This document shows positions 25,922 through 34,479 of a DNA stretch of 64,000 nucleotides, piece after piece. The notes beneath the pieces were generated by a model. That model ran no database searches. It was given only the letters and a program-made list of their open reading frames with translations, and was not told where the DNA came from. Source of the DNA: a virus. Each line of letters starts with the position of its first letter. Position 1 is the first letter of the stretch. The stretch lies in the IMG/VR virus record IMGVR_UViG_3300029092_000103. One strand, written 5' to 3'. Both the position numbers and the translations under genes were made by a program.

Positions 25922-27318
25922 TGGGATTCTGGGAATGGATGGGATTTGAAAATCCAAGGGATTCTCCTAAAACAGAACAGCCGAAAGAGGGTCTGCCGCA
26001 GGTCACGGATAATGTCCGCGATTCCGGGCAGACCTTTGTGTTTGGCCGTTCCAATGCCGGGGAGCAGGTGGACGAGAAAGCCGCCATGCAGATCCCGACC
26101 GTGTATGCCTGTGTTCGTCTGCTGGCAGAGTCCATTGCGGCACTGCCACTGCATCTGTACCGGATGACCGATGATAACGGCAACAAGGAAAAGGCACGGG
26201 ATCATCCGCTGTACAAGATTTTGTATCGGCAGCCAAACCCGGAAATGACATCCTTTGTCTTCTGGGAAACCCTGATGACCCACTTGCTCCTCTGGGGCAA
26301 TGCCTATGCACAGATTGTCCGGGATGGTAAAAACACGGTGTTGGGTCTGTATCCGCTTTTGCCGGAGAATGTCGAGGTGGACCGTGATGAGAGCGGCGAA
26401 CTCTACTATATCTACCACGCATACACGGATGAAGTTCCGGGAGAGCAGAACAAGGATATCTATTTTCGCCGGGATGAAATCTTTCATGTGCCGGGGTTGG
26501 GCTTCAATGGCCTAATCGGTTTCTCACCGATTGCCATGATGAAGAACTCTCTCGGCACTTCCATTGCGGTGGACAAGTACGGCTCTTCCTTTTTTAAGAA
26601 TGGCGCACAGCCCAGCGGTGTGTTGGAACACCCCGGCGTCCTGAAAGACCCGAACCGTGTCCGGGATAACTGGGAAGCTGCCTACGGTGGTGCGGCCAAT
26701 GCGCATCGTGTGGCAGTGCTGGAAGAGGGCATGGTCTACAAACCAATCTCCCTGCCGCCAGAGGACAGCCAGTTCCTTGAAACGAAGCAGTTCTCGGTGA
26801 CGGAGATCTGCCGCATTTTCCGTGTGCCTCCGCATCTGGTAGCTGACCTGTCCAGAGCGACCTTTTCCAACATTGAATACCAGTCGCTGAACTTCGTGAT
26901 GCACAGCTTGACTCCGTGGCTTGTCCGTATCGAGCAGGGCATCATCAAGGATTTGCTGCTGGAAGAGGAGCAGGATACCTACTTTCCCAAGTTTAATGTG
27001 GACGGATTACTCCGGGGCGACTACCAGAGTCGGATGAACGGCTATGCCACCGGCATCAGCAATGGCTTCCTCTCCCCGAACGATGTGCATCGGCTCGAAA
27101 ACATGGACCTCATCCCGGCAGAGGAGGGCGGCGATGATTACTACCTGAACGGCGGCTATGTGAAGCTGAAAGATGCAGGTGTGGCGCAGCAGAATAAAGC
27201 GGCAGCAGTCCAGCAGAATCAGCCCAAGGAAACACAGACCGATCCGGAAGAAGAACCTGACAGCGATAACCGGCTGAGTGAGAGTAAGCCACGGAAAAAT
27301 GGAAGGAGAACCCGATGA
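25921..27318 (+). CDS. Portal protein (HK97 family)
   Basis: HK97-portal-like core (FWETLMTHLLLWGNAYAQIV..., FRVPPHLV) and gene position. Confidence 0.85.
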   Translation: MGFWEWMGFENPRDSPKTEQPKEGLPQVTDNVRDSGQTFVFGRSNAGEQVDEKAAMQIPTVYACVRLLAESIAALPLHLYRMTDDNGNKEKARDHPLYKILYRQPNPEMTSFVFWETLMTHLLLWGNAYAQIVRDGKNTVLGLYPLLPENVEVDRDESGELYYIYHAYTDEVPGEQNKDIYFRRDEIFHVPGLGFNGLIGFSPIAMMKNSLGTSIAVDKYGSSFFKNGAQPSGVLEHPGVLKDPNRVRDNWEAAYGGAANAHRVAVLEEGMVYKPISLPPEDSQFLETKQFSVTEICRIFRVPPHLVADLSRATFSNIEYQSLNFVMHSLTPWLVRIEQGIIKDLLLEEEQDTYFPKFNVDGLLRGDYQSRMNGYATGISNGFLSPNDVHRLENMDLIPAEEGGDDYYLNGGYVKLKDAGVAQQNKAAAVQQNQPKETQTDPEEEPDSDNRLSESKPRKNGRRTR

Positions 27319-28223
27319 AGAAATTCTGGAACTGGATCAAAAACAGTGATGACACCAGAATCCTCCGGCTGGAAGGACCCATCGATGAGGAATCTTTCTG
27401 GGGCGATGAGATCACGCCGCAGATGTTCCGGGATGAGCTGGAATCCGGCGAGGGGGATGTGACCGTCTGGATCAACAGTCCGGGCGGAAATGTGTTCGCC
27501 GCCGCCGAGATCTATACCATGCTTAAGGATTACAAGGGCAGCATCACGGTCAAGATCGATGCGATTGCAGCTTCGGCGGCATCTGTTGTCGCAATGGCCG
27601 GTGATACTGTCCAGATGAGTCCTGTCGCCATGCTGATGATCCATGACCCCAGCACCGTTGCGATGGGCAACACCAAGGACATGGAGAAGGCCATCGAGGT
27701 GCTGGAGGAAGTCAAGGAGAGCATCATCAATGCTTACGCTGCAAAGAGCGGCCTGACCCATGCCCGCATTGCCAACCTCATGAGCAATGAGACTTGGATG
27801 AATGCGAAGAAGGCAGTGGAGCTGGGCTTTGCAGACGAGATCCTCTTTGCAAAGAAAGAGGACGAGCCGGACAGTGACCCGGCAGACCCGGAGAATCCTG
27901 ATGATTCGGAGGAAAACCCAGACAGTAAACCGGGCGAGGACGGAGAAAAGCAGTCGCTCCAGATGGATGCGGCAGGGCACCTTTTCTCCAGTCGTCAGAT
28001 GGATTTAATCGTCCTGAACCGTCTGGGTGTGAAGCCGGAAGCTGTGGGACAGAAGCACACCGCGCCTGAGAAGCCGCCTGCTGACCCGAAACCATCCGCA
28101 GAACAGACCCCTCCGGCAGAACTGCCTGCCAACTCCAAACCCGTCCTTGATATGGACGGGAAGACCGAGGATGGCAGTATTCCTTACAATATCCTGATGA
28201 AGCAGCTTGAGTGCATGAAGTGA
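27315..28223 (+). CDS. Prohead maturation protease, ClpP-like (S14) family
   Basis: INSPGGNVFAAAEIY...AASAASVVAMAGD...MIHDP are the ClpP catalytic-region motifs. Confidence 0.85.
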   Translation: MKKFWNWIKNSDDTRILRLEGPIDEESFWGDEITPQMFRDELESGEGDVTVWINSPGGNVFAAAEIYTMLKDYKGSITVKIDAIAASAASVVAMAGDTVQMSPVAMLMIHDPSTVAMGNTKDMEKAIEVLEEVKESIINAYAAKSGLTHARIANLMSNETWMNAKKAVELGFADEILFAKKEDEPDSDPADPENPDDSEENPDSKPGEDGEKQSLQMDAAGHLFSSRQMDLIVLNRLGVKPEAVGQKHTAPEKPPADPKPSAEQTPPAELPANSKPVLDMDGKTEDGSIPYNILMKQLECMK

Positions 28224-28280
28224 TGTGCATTCAGGCTGTTTTTCATATCACCACAAATCAATCTATGGAGGAAAACGACT

Positions 28281-29486
28281 ATGAGTAAGATTTTGAAACT
28301 GCGCACGAAGCGCAACACTCTCTGGGAGCAGACCAAGGACTTTCTGGAGAAGAACCGCGGCGAGAACGGTCTGGTGAAGGCCGAAGCCGTGGAGCAGTAC
28401 AACAAGATGGCGCAGGAGGTCAAGGACCTCGGCGCGGAGATCGAGCGTCTGGAGCAGCAGGCACAGATCGAGGCACAGCTGTCCGCACCGACTTCCACCC
28501 CTGTCCATGCTGACCCGAAGAGCGGTGCCAAGAAGGATGTCAAGCCGACTGCCACTGCCGAGTATGCCGAGAACTTCTGGAACATGATCCGCAACCGTGG
28601 CCATTACGGCGAAGTTCGCAATGCCCTGTCTGTGGGCGAGGATTCTGAGGGCGGTTTTACTGTTCCCGATGAGTTCGAGAAGAAGCTGGTGGAGGCACTG
28701 GAAGAGAACAACATCTTCCGTGGCATGGCAACCGTCATCCGCACCAGCTCCGGCACCCGTAAGATTCCCATTGCAGAAGATACCGGTGAGGCCAGCTGGA
28801 TCGATGAGGGCGAGGAGATCCCGGAGAGCGATACCACCTTCGGTCAGACCATGCTGTCCGCTTACAAGCTGGGCACCATGATTAAGATTTCCAACGAACT
28901 GCTGAACGATTCCGCTTTTGACCTTGCTACCTATATTGCTCGCCGCTTCGGTGTGCGCATGGGCAATGCCGAGGAGCGCGCCTTTATTACCGGTGACGGT
29001 GTGGGCAAGCCTCTGGGTCTGCTGGCCGAAGCTGGCGGCGCAAAGGTCGGTGTGACCGCTGCTCAGAAGGATGCCGTGTCTTTCGATGAAATCTTCAAAC
29101 TCTACTACGCACTGAAAGCTCCGTACCGCAAGAAGGCACAGTTCCTCTGCAACGAAGCCCTGGTGCTGCAGCTGATGACCATCAAGGACAACAATGGCAA
29201 CTATATCTGGAAGCCGGGTCTGGAAATCGGCAAGCCTGATACCCTGCTGAACCGCCCGCTGAAGACGTCCGCATTTATGCCGGAGATCAAGGGCGGCAGC
29301 AAGGTCATGGCTTTTGGCGATTACAGCTACTACTGGGTGGCTGATCGCCAGAACCGCACCTTCCGTCGTCTGAACGAGCTGTATGCCCGTACTGATCAGG
29401 TCGGCTTCCTGACCACCCAGCGTGTCGATGGTAAGCTGATCCTGCCCGAAGCCGTCCAGCTGCTTCAGATGGCACCGCAGGGCTAA
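28281..29486 (+). CDS. Major capsid protein (HK97 fold) with an N-terminal scaffolding/delta domain
   Basis: Coiled-coil N-terminus, then an HK97 MCP-like core. It follows the protease gene. Confidence 0.85.
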   Translation: MSKILKLRTKRNTLWEQTKDFLEKNRGENGLVKAEAVEQYNKMAQEVKDLGAEIERLEQQAQIEAQLSAPTSTPVHADPKSGAKKDVKPTATAEYAENFWNMIRNRGHYGEVRNALSVGEDSEGGFTVPDEFEKKLVEALEENNIFRGMATVIRTSSGTRKIPIAEDTGEASWIDEGEEIPESDTTFGQTMLSAYKLGTMIKISNELLNDSAFDLATYIARRFGVRMGNAEERAFITGDGVGKPLGLLAEAGGAKVGVTAAQKDAVSFDEIFKLYYALKAPYRKKAQFLCNEALVLQLMTIKDNNGNYIWKPGLEIGKPDTLLNRPLKTSAFMPEIKGGSKVMAFGDYSYYWVADRQNRTFRRLNELYARTDQVGFLTTQRVDGKLILPEAVQLLQMAPQG

Positions 29487-29495
29487 GAAAGGGGG

Positions 29496-29843
29496 ATGTT
29501 GGTCATGGCATTGATTCCGCTTTACGAAGCAAAGACCTACCTTCGGGTAGACAGCAGTGATGAAGATGCCCTGATCGGCATCCTCTTATCTTCTGCGGAG
29601 CAGATGTGCAAGGATGTGGGCCGCCTTTCGGAAGACCAGTGGGAGGCAGTCAATGCTGCTGACCGGGATGCCGAGAACGGGGTACAGCCCACAAGGGAAC
29701 TGGAAGCCCTGCGCAGCACCTGCCGTGTGGCAATTTTGTATGCGCTGGGGTATCTCTATGAACACCGGGACGAAGCCGACCATCACCAGCTGATGCTGAC
29801 GCTTCGTTCAATTTTGTTTGCTGTGAGGGAGGGGGTGTTCTGA
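29496..29843 (+). CDS. Head-tail connector (gp6-like)
   Basis: LIPLYEAKTYLRVDSSDEDALIGILLSSAE pattern and gene position. Confidence 0.65.
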   Translation: MLVMALIPLYEAKTYLRVDSSDEDALIGILLSSAEQMCKDVGRLSEDQWEAVNAADRDAENGVQPTRELEALRSTCRVAILYALGYLYEHRDEADHHQLMLTLRSILFAVREGVF

Positions 29844-30199
29844 TGATCGAAAAGCTGAATGAGCGGATCACGATTGAAAAAAGCACAGTCGTGACCGATA
29901 AGGTCGGAAACCATCGGAACACATGGGAGGAATATTTCACCTGCTTCGCCTACGTTTTGACCTATGAATCGCAGGAGGAAGATGGTGAGGTCACAGCCGA
30001 ACAGAAAAGCGTGGTGTTCACGGTCCGTTGGTGCAGTGAAACCAGAGGGCTGACCTCTACTGGTTACCGCATCCGCTTCCGAGAGCAGCTCTACGATATC
30101 GAATCCATTGACCCGATGAATTTCCAAAAGAAAACGCTGAAGATTCACTGCCGTTTGGAAAGGAGGCAGCCGGATGAGCAGAACCGTCAGCATCGATGA
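29843..30199 (+). CDS. Head closure / head-tail adaptor protein
   Basis: Assigned from position and size. Confidence 0.55.
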   Translation: MIEKLNERITIEKSTVVTDKVGNHRNTWEEYFTCFAYVLTYESQEEDGEVTAEQKSVVFTVRWCSETRGLTSTGYRIRFREQLYDIESIDPMNFQKKTLKIHCRLERRQPDEQNRQHR

Positions 30200-30551
30200 G
30201 ATGGCAGATGCCATCAATGAGGGCTTGAAAGAGTATGCAACCCTTGCCTCCACCGAGGTCAAGAAAGCTGTCCGCAAGTCTGCGAAAACGGTCAAAGACC
30301 AGATTTCCTCTAATGCCCCGTCCCGAACGGGTGCATACAAAGAAAGCTGGGTGGCGACCAAGCAATCTGAATCCAGCCAGAGCCTTCAGATGGTGGTGCA
30401 TTCCAAGAACCGCTATCAGTTGGCACATTTGCTGGAAAAAGGCCATGCCAAACGTGGTGGTGGCCGGGTGGCTGCAAGACCCCACATTGCTCCGGCAGAA
30501 CAGGCTGGTATCGAGCTGCTCCAATCCCTCATCGAAAAGGCACTGAAATAG
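30174..30551 (+). CDS. HK97 gp10-family tail-completion protein
   Basis: HLLEKGHAKRGGGRVAARPHI is the gp10 signature. Confidence 0.65.
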   Translation: MSRTVSIDEMADAINEGLKEYATLASTEVKKAVRKSAKTVKDQISSNAPSRTGAYKESWVATKQSESSQSLQMVVHSKNRYQLAHLLEKGHAKRGGGRVAARPHIAPAEQAGIELLQSLIEKALK

Positions 30552-30560
30552 GAGGTACAC

Positions 30561-30878
30561 ATGACCCACGAAGAAGTGAAAGCTCTGGTGGAGGAGATGG
30601 GGCTTCCGTATGCGTATGACCATTTTGCAGAAGGGAAGAGCCCTGACCCACCGTTTATCTGCTTCCTGTATCCGAAAGCCGAGAACTTCGGTGCGGACAA
30701 CCTTGTGTACCACCATTTCAACCGGCTGGACATTGAGGTGTACACCGATTATAAAGACCCGGATATGGAGGCAAGCATTGAAGAAGTCCTGACGGCGCAT
30801 GAACTCTACTATGAGAAAAGCGAGGTCTGGATCGAAACCGAAAAGATGTATGAAGTCCTGTATGAGCTGACTGTGTGA
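30561..30878 (+). CDS. Tail component / tail terminator-like hypothetical protein
   Basis: Assigned from position. RBS GGAGGT upstream. Confidence 0.45.
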   Translation: MTHEEVKALVEEMGLPYAYDHFAEGKSPDPPFICFLYPKAENFGADNLVYHHFNRLDIEVYTDYKDPDMEASIEEVLTAHELYYEKSEVWIETEKMYEVLYELTV

Positions 30879-30913
30879 GCCAGCCGCAGGGCTATTTTAT
30901 TGGGAGGTAACCT

Positions 30914-31531
30914 ATGTCGAAGAAAAGCAATAAGGTCAAATTTGGCCTGAAAAACTGCCATTATGCCAAGGCAACCTTTGACGAAGATGGCAGTGTCACC
31001 TATGCAAAGCCGGTCCGCATCCCCGGTGCAGTCAGCCTGTCGATGGATGCCAATGGCGAGATCGAGCCGTTTTACGCGGATAATGTTGCCTATTATGTTG
31101 TGAATAACAACTCCGGCTACGAAGGTGATCTGGAAATCGCACTGGTTCCGGAGAGCTTCCTCACGGACATCATGCACGAGGAGTTGGATGGCAACGGTGT
31201 TCTGGCAGAGAACGCCAACGTGGAGCTGGAGCATTTCGCATTCCTGTTCGAGTTCGATGGCGACCAGCGTCATACCCGTCATGTCTTTTACAACTGTGTG
31301 GCAAGCCGCCCTGCTGTTGAGGGTGAGACCACCGAGGACAGCAAAGAGGTCAAGACCGAAACGCTGAGCCTGCAGGCGACCCCTCTGGCAAACGGTTATG
31401 TCAAGGCCAAGACTGGTACCAACACCACCGATGAGGTTTACAACAAGTGGTACGATGCCGTCTACGAGCCGCAGGCGGAGGCGATGGACACCGCTGAACC
31501 CGGCCAGACCGAAGAGCAGCCGCAGGGCTGA
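30914..31531 (+). CDS. Major tail protein
   Basis: Assigned from position, size and composition. RBS GGGAGGT upstream. Confidence 0.65.
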   Translation: MSKKSNKVKFGLKNCHYAKATFDEDGSVTYAKPVRIPGAVSLSMDANGEIEPFYADNVAYYVVNNNSGYEGDLEIALVPESFLTDIMHEELDGNGVLAENANVELEHFAFLFEFDGDQRHTRHVFYNCVASRPAVEGETTEDSKEVKTETLSLQATPLANGYVKAKTGTNTTDEVYNKWYDAVYEPQAEAMDTAEPGQTEEQPQG

Positions 31532-31594
31532 GAAACACTTATACACCGCAGAGCTTCGACTCTGCCTACACTATTATAATAGGAGAACAAAACT

Positions 31595-32422
31595 ATGAAG
31601 AAGATCATTCCGCTGTTTGCATTTATTCTTGTTGTCTTTCTGGCCGTCTGCTCGTTTAGCATCATCCCTACCGGATACACTGGCGTGAAGACCAGTTTTG
31701 GTCAGATCCAGGAAACCACCATCCAGAGCGGCAAGCTCAACTTCTGCATTCCCTTTGTACAGAGCATCCACAAGGTCAACAACAAGCAGCAGGATAAGCA
31801 CATCGAGGCGCAGGTCTGGGGTGAAGCCTCCGACAAGACTCCGGTGTATGCCGCTGATGTCATTGTGACCTATCAGGTACTTCCTGAGAAGAGCGCATGG
31901 CTGTATGCGAATGTGTCCGACATCAAGAATCTGGTCGGTGATGAACTGGTGGCATCTGCCATCAAGTCTGCGATGGCAGAACTTGGTCCCAATGAAGTGA
32001 CAAACCGTACCAAGATTGAGCCTCTGGCTCAGCAGAAGCTGGCAGAGTCGCTGGAACAGAAATACGGCGAGGGCGTTGTGTTTGTGAACAAGGTCGTAAT
32101 CAACGATATGGATTTCGAGGATGCTTATAACGACGCAATCCAGCAGAAGTCCATTGCACAGCAGAACGCCGATAAGCAGAAGATTGAGAACGAAGCCGCC
32201 ATTGCCAAGGCAGAAGCTGACAAGCAGGTGGCAATCACCAATGCGGAGGCTGAAGCCCAGAAGACTTCCATTGCTGCAGAAGCGCAGGCCGAGGCAAACC
32301 GCAAGATTGCAGAGAGTCTGTCCTATACGCTGATCGAGTATCAGAAAGTTCAGAAGTGGGATGGCAAGCTGCCCACTGTGAGCGGTGGCAATGCTCTGGT
32401 GAGCATCGACCCGGCTGAGTAA
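31595..32422 (+). CDS. SPFH/band-7 (HflC/prohibitin-like) membrane protein; a moron inside the tail module
   Basis: N-terminal transmembrane segment (IIPLFAFILVVFLAV), an SPFH core, and an Ala/Glu/Gln-rich coiled-coil C-terminus. Flanked by duplicated terminator-like repeats at 31530-31566 and 32417-32456. Confidence 0.8.
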   Translation: MKKIIPLFAFILVVFLAVCSFSIIPTGYTGVKTSFGQIQETTIQSGKLNFCIPFVQSIHKVNNKQQDKHIEAQVWGEASDKTPVYAADVIVTYQVLPEKSAWLYANVSDIKNLVGDELVASAIKSAMAELGPNEVTNRTKIEPLAQQKLAESLEQKYGEGVVFVNKVVINDMDFEDAYNDAIQQKSIAQQNADKQKIENEAAIAKAEADKQVAITNAEAEAQKTSIAAEAQAEANRKIAESLSYTLIEYQKVQKWDGKLPTVSGGNALVSIDPAE

Positions 32423-32488
32423 GAAACACGATATACGGCAGAGCTTCGGCTCTGCCACTTTTACATGAAATTTTTGGAGGATACGATT

Positions 32489-32869
32489 ATGGCAGTTACG
32501 AAGAAAATCGAGATCGATGGCAAAGAAGTCACTTTCAAGGCCAGTGCCGCTGTGCCTCGCCTGTACCGCATCAAGTTCGGACGCGACATCTACAAAGACC
32601 TGCGCCAGCTGGAAAAGAGTGTGGGGGAGAACGACGAGGACAATTCCAACCTTGATCTGTTCAGTCTGGAGATGTTCGAGGATCTGGCATGGCTGATGGC
32701 CCGTCATGCAGACCCTGCGAATGTGCCGGACAGCCCGGAGGAGTTCCTTGACCAGTTCAACACCTTCTCCATCTACCAGATTCTGCCCCAGCTGATCGAA
32801 CTGTGGGGCCTGAATGTGCAGACCGAGGTGGAATCCCGAAAAAACCTCGCAAAAGTGAGCGGGAAATGA
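32489..32869 (+). CDS. Tail assembly chaperone (gpG-like)
   Basis: GGAGGA lies 7 nt before ATG 32489. Ends just after the slippery site. Confidence 0.6.
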   Translation: MAVTKKIEIDGKEVTFKASAAVPRLYRIKFGRDIYKDLRQLEKSVGENDEDNSNLDLFSLEMFEDLAWLMARHADPANVPDSPEEFLDQFNTFSIYQILPQLIELWGLNVQTEVESRKNLAKVSGK

Positions 32870-33030
32870 CCACCCCGCTCTTTCTGCTGCGCTGTGTGCA
32901 GCTCGGTATCAGCATCGCCGACCTCGACCTGCTGACCATCGGGTTGGTCAATGATATGTTCACGGAGCGACAGAATGACGATTATCCGTACAAAGAGCTG
33001 GCAAGTCAGTCGGACTTCGACCACTTCTAA
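32489..33030 (+). CDS. Tail assembly chaperone frameshift product (gpGT-like), made by a -1 programmed frameshift at A_AAA_AAC (32839-32845)
   Basis: The heptamer A AAA AAC sits in the G frame. The -1 frame continues open to 33030 as ...PKKPRKSEREMTTPLFLL... Confidence 0.55.
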
Positions 33031-33038
33031 AGAAAAAA

Positions 33039-33084
33039 CAGACGACCGTGCTTATATTGCAAACGAAATAAGCACAGTCGTCTG
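33039..33084 (+). terminator. 17-bp-stem hairpin terminator for the plus-strand tail genes
   Basis: CAGACGACCGTGCTTAT...ATAAGCACAGTCGTCTG with one mismatch. Confidence 0.6.
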
Positions 33085-33103
33085 ACAGCAGGGTATAAAA
33101 AAT

Positions 33104-33127
33104 CCCCCAGCCGTGCACAACTGGGGG
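33104..33127 (-). terminator. Terminator for the convergent minus-strand cassette
   Basis: CCCCCAG...CTGGGGG hairpin followed on the minus strand by TTTTTTAT. Confidence 0.6.
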
Positions 33128-33239
33128 AGAAAGAAGGTGGCCCGGAGGTCATCTTCCCGGTCTCAGACCTCGCAAGGTTACTGAAACCTGATCGCTAATG
33201 AATTATAGCTGATTGGGTGTAAATAGTCAACTAAGTATT

Positions 33240-33491
33240 TCATGCAGAAGCGGAATCGGTGGGTTTGCGTGTATCTTCAAAGACATTGCGAAGGTAATCA
33301 GGGCCTTCCATCCATAGGCCAGTAGAATAATCGAACAACTCCTTATAAGCAGGGGAAGTCGAAAACTCAAAGAATGCCTGATCAAAGGGGATGCCCGATT
33401 CGGCGCAGTAATCTTCGAGCATTGCCCGCATGACATTTACAGCACAAGACTCGCGCTGTTCGTCACTGACATTATAGGTGCTTGAAGTCAT
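33240..33491 (-). CDS. DUF3791-like small protein
   Basis: AAGGAG lies 8 nt before ATG on the minus strand. ...YKELFDYSTGLWMEGPDYL pattern. Confidence 0.5.
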   Translation of the reverse strand: MTSSTYNVSDEQRESCAVNVMRAMLEDYCAESGIPFDQAFFEFSTSPAYKELFDYSTGLWMEGPDYLRNVFEDTRKPTDSASA

Positions 33492-34044
33492 AGTTGTCAC
33501 TCCTTATAAATTCGAGAGATTGGATCGCTTTTTCGTTGCAGAAGCAGAACTGGTCTTCTAGGCGATTCGGCAGTAGCATTTTGATAGCAAAGCTATCGGC
33601 ATCTTCAGAGCCGGGTTCACCATAAGCGCGTGTGGTGTAAAGCTGTAAAGTGCGGGCAGTTTGGTCGTCGGCTATTTTTCCTCCGATGATGTCAAACTTG
33701 GCGTACTGTTCCCGGACATCTGGGAACAAGGTTCTTCTACGGTTTGAAGCAACAAAATGGAGCCAATTCCTATCAGCAGCATTGAATAGGTGAATGGCGA
33801 TATCGGGATTTAAATGGAGTTTGAAAACAGAAATGTAACCGGATGCTGTGCCAGAAGGCAGTTTCCCTTCGTTTACCTGTTTGTTTACAGACAGAGGAAC
33901 AAAACCTTGAGCCTGCTTGTAGGAGCTTGTGACGTAGAAACCGCGCCCGAAATCTTTGCCTTGTTTACATTTGCTAAGATCGATTTCGGACACCTGGATG
34001 AAACTGCCGTGATAGAGCAACATTCCGTTTGTTAATGTCAGCAT
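33472..34044 (-). CDS. DUF3990 domain protein
   Basis: LYHGSFIQVSEIDLSKCKQGKDFGRGFYVTSSYKQA is the DUF3990 N-terminal signature. Confidence 0.7.
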   Translation of the reverse strand: MLTLTNGMLLYHGSFIQVSEIDLSKCKQGKDFGRGFYVTSSYKQAQGFVPLSVNKQVNEGKLPSGTASGYISVFKLHLNPDIAIHLFNAADRNWLHFVASNRRRTLFPDVREQYAKFDIIGGKIADDQTARTLQLYTTRAYGEPGSEDADSFAIKMLLPNRLEDQFCFCNEKAIQSLEFIRSDNYDFKHL

Positions 34045-34262
34045 ACGGCAACACCTCGGCTTTTCAGCATTTCCTCGACATCATCCAAAGCGCACTCATA
34101 GCTGCTTAAATGGAGAAAGTCGTAACACCTGGCGATAAATCCAAACACATCATTATCCTGAAATATCTTCGCGCAGGCTTCAGGAGACTTTTTCCACTTG
34201 GATTGAGCCATACGGAAAACCCAGCACTGCATATCGGCAATATCAATTTGATGTTCACTCAT
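34038..34262 (-). CDS. DUF3791 domain protein (the usual partner of DUF3990)
   Basis: AAGGAGG lies 8 nt before ATG 34262 on the minus strand. ...FGFIARCYDFLHLSS... Confidence 0.55.
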   Translation of the reverse strand: MSEHQIDIADMQCWVFRMAQSKWKKSPEACAKIFQDNDVFGFIARCYDFLHLSSYECALDDVEEMLKSRGVAVC

Positions 34263-34479
34263 AGAGCATACCTCCTTTGAGTACAATTTTTCAATTTAAG
34301 TATAGCTCTTTTTTCGGCTTATAGCAACGAAAGATTTGTAAATTTCTAAGTTGCAAGCCCACTTCCCAAAAAAAGTAACTCACGAGTTAGTAACTTACGA
34401 GTATATTATTTTACCGCTTTAGCCTGTCTGCCTCGTGCAGATGGGCTTTTTTCATGCCCACGAGGAGGTGGTTACCCGC

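Noticed and set aside
31574-32707. 377-aa minus-strand ORF
   Set aside because: Antisense to the SPFH gene, which has a clear transmembrane plus SPFH architecture and an RBS.
34435-34479. Upstream ATG at 34441 (MGFFHAHEEVVTR...) as the tape-measure start
   Set aside because: No RBS there. ATG 34480 is preceded by GAGGAGG and begins the conserved MASRIQGIAVEIGG tape-measure N-terminus.
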